DNA from: Callorhinchus milii
Taxonomy: Eukaryota
Direction of reading: 5' to 3'
Length of the DNA stretch: 64,000 nt
Assembly (NCBI RefSeq): GCF_018977255.1
Contig: NW_024704748.1
Coordinates: 24,118,001-24,182,000, forward strand
Part shown: piece after piece, positions 62,849 to 64,000 of the stretch
How positions within the stretch are numbered: position 1 is the stretch's first letter
Layout of the letters: each line of letters begins with the position of its first letter
Position numbers and translations under genes: made by a program
Notes under the pieces: generated by a model
What the model was told of the DNA's origin: nothing
Databases searched by the model: none
The model's input: the letters and a program-made list of their open reading frames with translations, nothing else

Positions 62849-63175
62849 TAATAATAATAATAATAATCCTTGCATTTGATACAGCGCTTTTCACGTCTGG
62901 AGGACGTCCCAAAGCGCTTCACAGAACACACTGTAAAGTGAATTGACTGTATATTTGTGGGCGAACGCGGCAGCCAATTGCGCACAGCAATGTCCCACAA
63001 ACAGTCGTAGATTGAAAATGACCAATCTATTATTGTTTTTGGCTTTGGAGGGATTATTATTAGGCGTGTGGAGTAAGGAAACTTGCCCAAGGTTTCGCCC
63101 TGACCTGCCTGGAATTGAACTCAGGTCTCTCGCTTGCAAAGCAAGTGCTCTAACCACTGAGCTACAGGACTCCAC
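62849..63175 (-). mobile_element. Young full-length tRNA-Ala/Deu SINE
   Basis: Near-identical to 21412-21735. Confidence 0.92.
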
Positions 63176-63332
63176 TTAGGTAAAAACACTCCACCCAAGG
63201 GTTGCGTTGTGTTGCACTGCAGCTATTCAGGGCTATGACGAAACATGCTTGCTGGAATTCAAATCTGGGCGCAACAGCGGTGTAGGCAAACCAATCAAGA
63301 CTCCTGCTCTATTTAGCCGAATATGTACTGAC

Positions 63333-63424
63333 CTGTACTTGCCCGTTCTTACTTGGACTCCCTTCATACCACACTGCTGGGCTCCACCTACATCGTTCAC
63401 AAGATCATCCCCAATCATGATGGC
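63333..63424 (-). CDS. LHPP: LHPP penultimate coding exon ([31 protein letters not shown])
   Basis: Minus acceptor tttttcctgacag|, donor AG|GTCAGT, 92 nt. Encodes HAD class IIA motif IV (MIGDD...DV.GA) and VRTGK. Confidence 0.93.
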
Positions 63425-63687
63425 CTGTCAGGAAAAATAATGAAATACAAGTGAAACTGATGTTAGATTAGATCCATTCGATAGGTCTGCATTTCCCAAG
63501 GTATTGGGTGTGAATTGTCACGAAGATGAATAGATCTGACATCTTAGACCGTAATCATTATACAGGATATTGGAATCCACTGGTAAATATCATACCTGGA
63601 GATATGTGGACAGATTACAAAATATTGTATCTTCTTCAAAGCAACATATTTTGTCGGAAGGGTTTCCATACTCCACTTACAATTCTC

Positions 63688-63737
63688 TTATTATTATTAT
63701 TATTATTATTATTATATTATTATTATTATTATTATTA
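63688..63737. repeat. (ATT)n microsatellite
   Basis: Directly visible. Confidence 0.95.
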
Positions 63738-64000
63738 TGCTGTTGGAATAGAAGTCAACATGGAGGAATCAAGAGTAGATTGCAAAATGAAATACACTCA
63801 AGGTCACTGGGCTTTGTAGTGTTTACTTGTTCAAGAAAGAAAATACCATGTTCCTGTGCACATTAGTTGTAAAGTCAGAGGAAAGCACAATGTATCATGA
63901 TTATTTTGGGGGGAGTAACTGTAACAGATATCAAAATCTATGAACCTTGCAAAAGCCTGTCGGGGAATGTTTGTTTCTATCTATTGTATCATAGCACAGC

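Overview
Vertebrate genomic DNA, most likely from a cartilaginous fish and probably a chimaera. This is inferred from a tRNA-Ala/Deu-domain SINE with an L2-type tail, shark-type CR1 tails and L2 elements. The window holds an apparently complete FAM53B gene on the + strand. It has a putative non-coding exon 1 near 3.65-3.84 kb, coding exons at 12141-12218, 18343-18397, 24942-25722 and 42590-42955, and a 3'UTR to about 45.0 kb. The last two coding exons of LHPP lie on the - strand (63333-63424, 47224-47320), tail-to-tail with FAM53B as I recall for human. As read, FAM53B exon 4 has a 1-nt frameshift at a G4 run (25477-25480), most likely a homopolymer error. Introns are dense in SINE, L2 and CR1 remnants. 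Notable extras are a composite non-autonomous Helitron, an L2 nested inside a SINE, a G-rich minisatellite behind exon 1, uORFs in exon 2, inverted SINE pairs around the large exon 4 (circRNA candidate) and a 22-bp perfect inverted repeat. I found no convincing wholly new biological system. Family assignments and human comparisons come from my recollection of the sequences, not from database searches.
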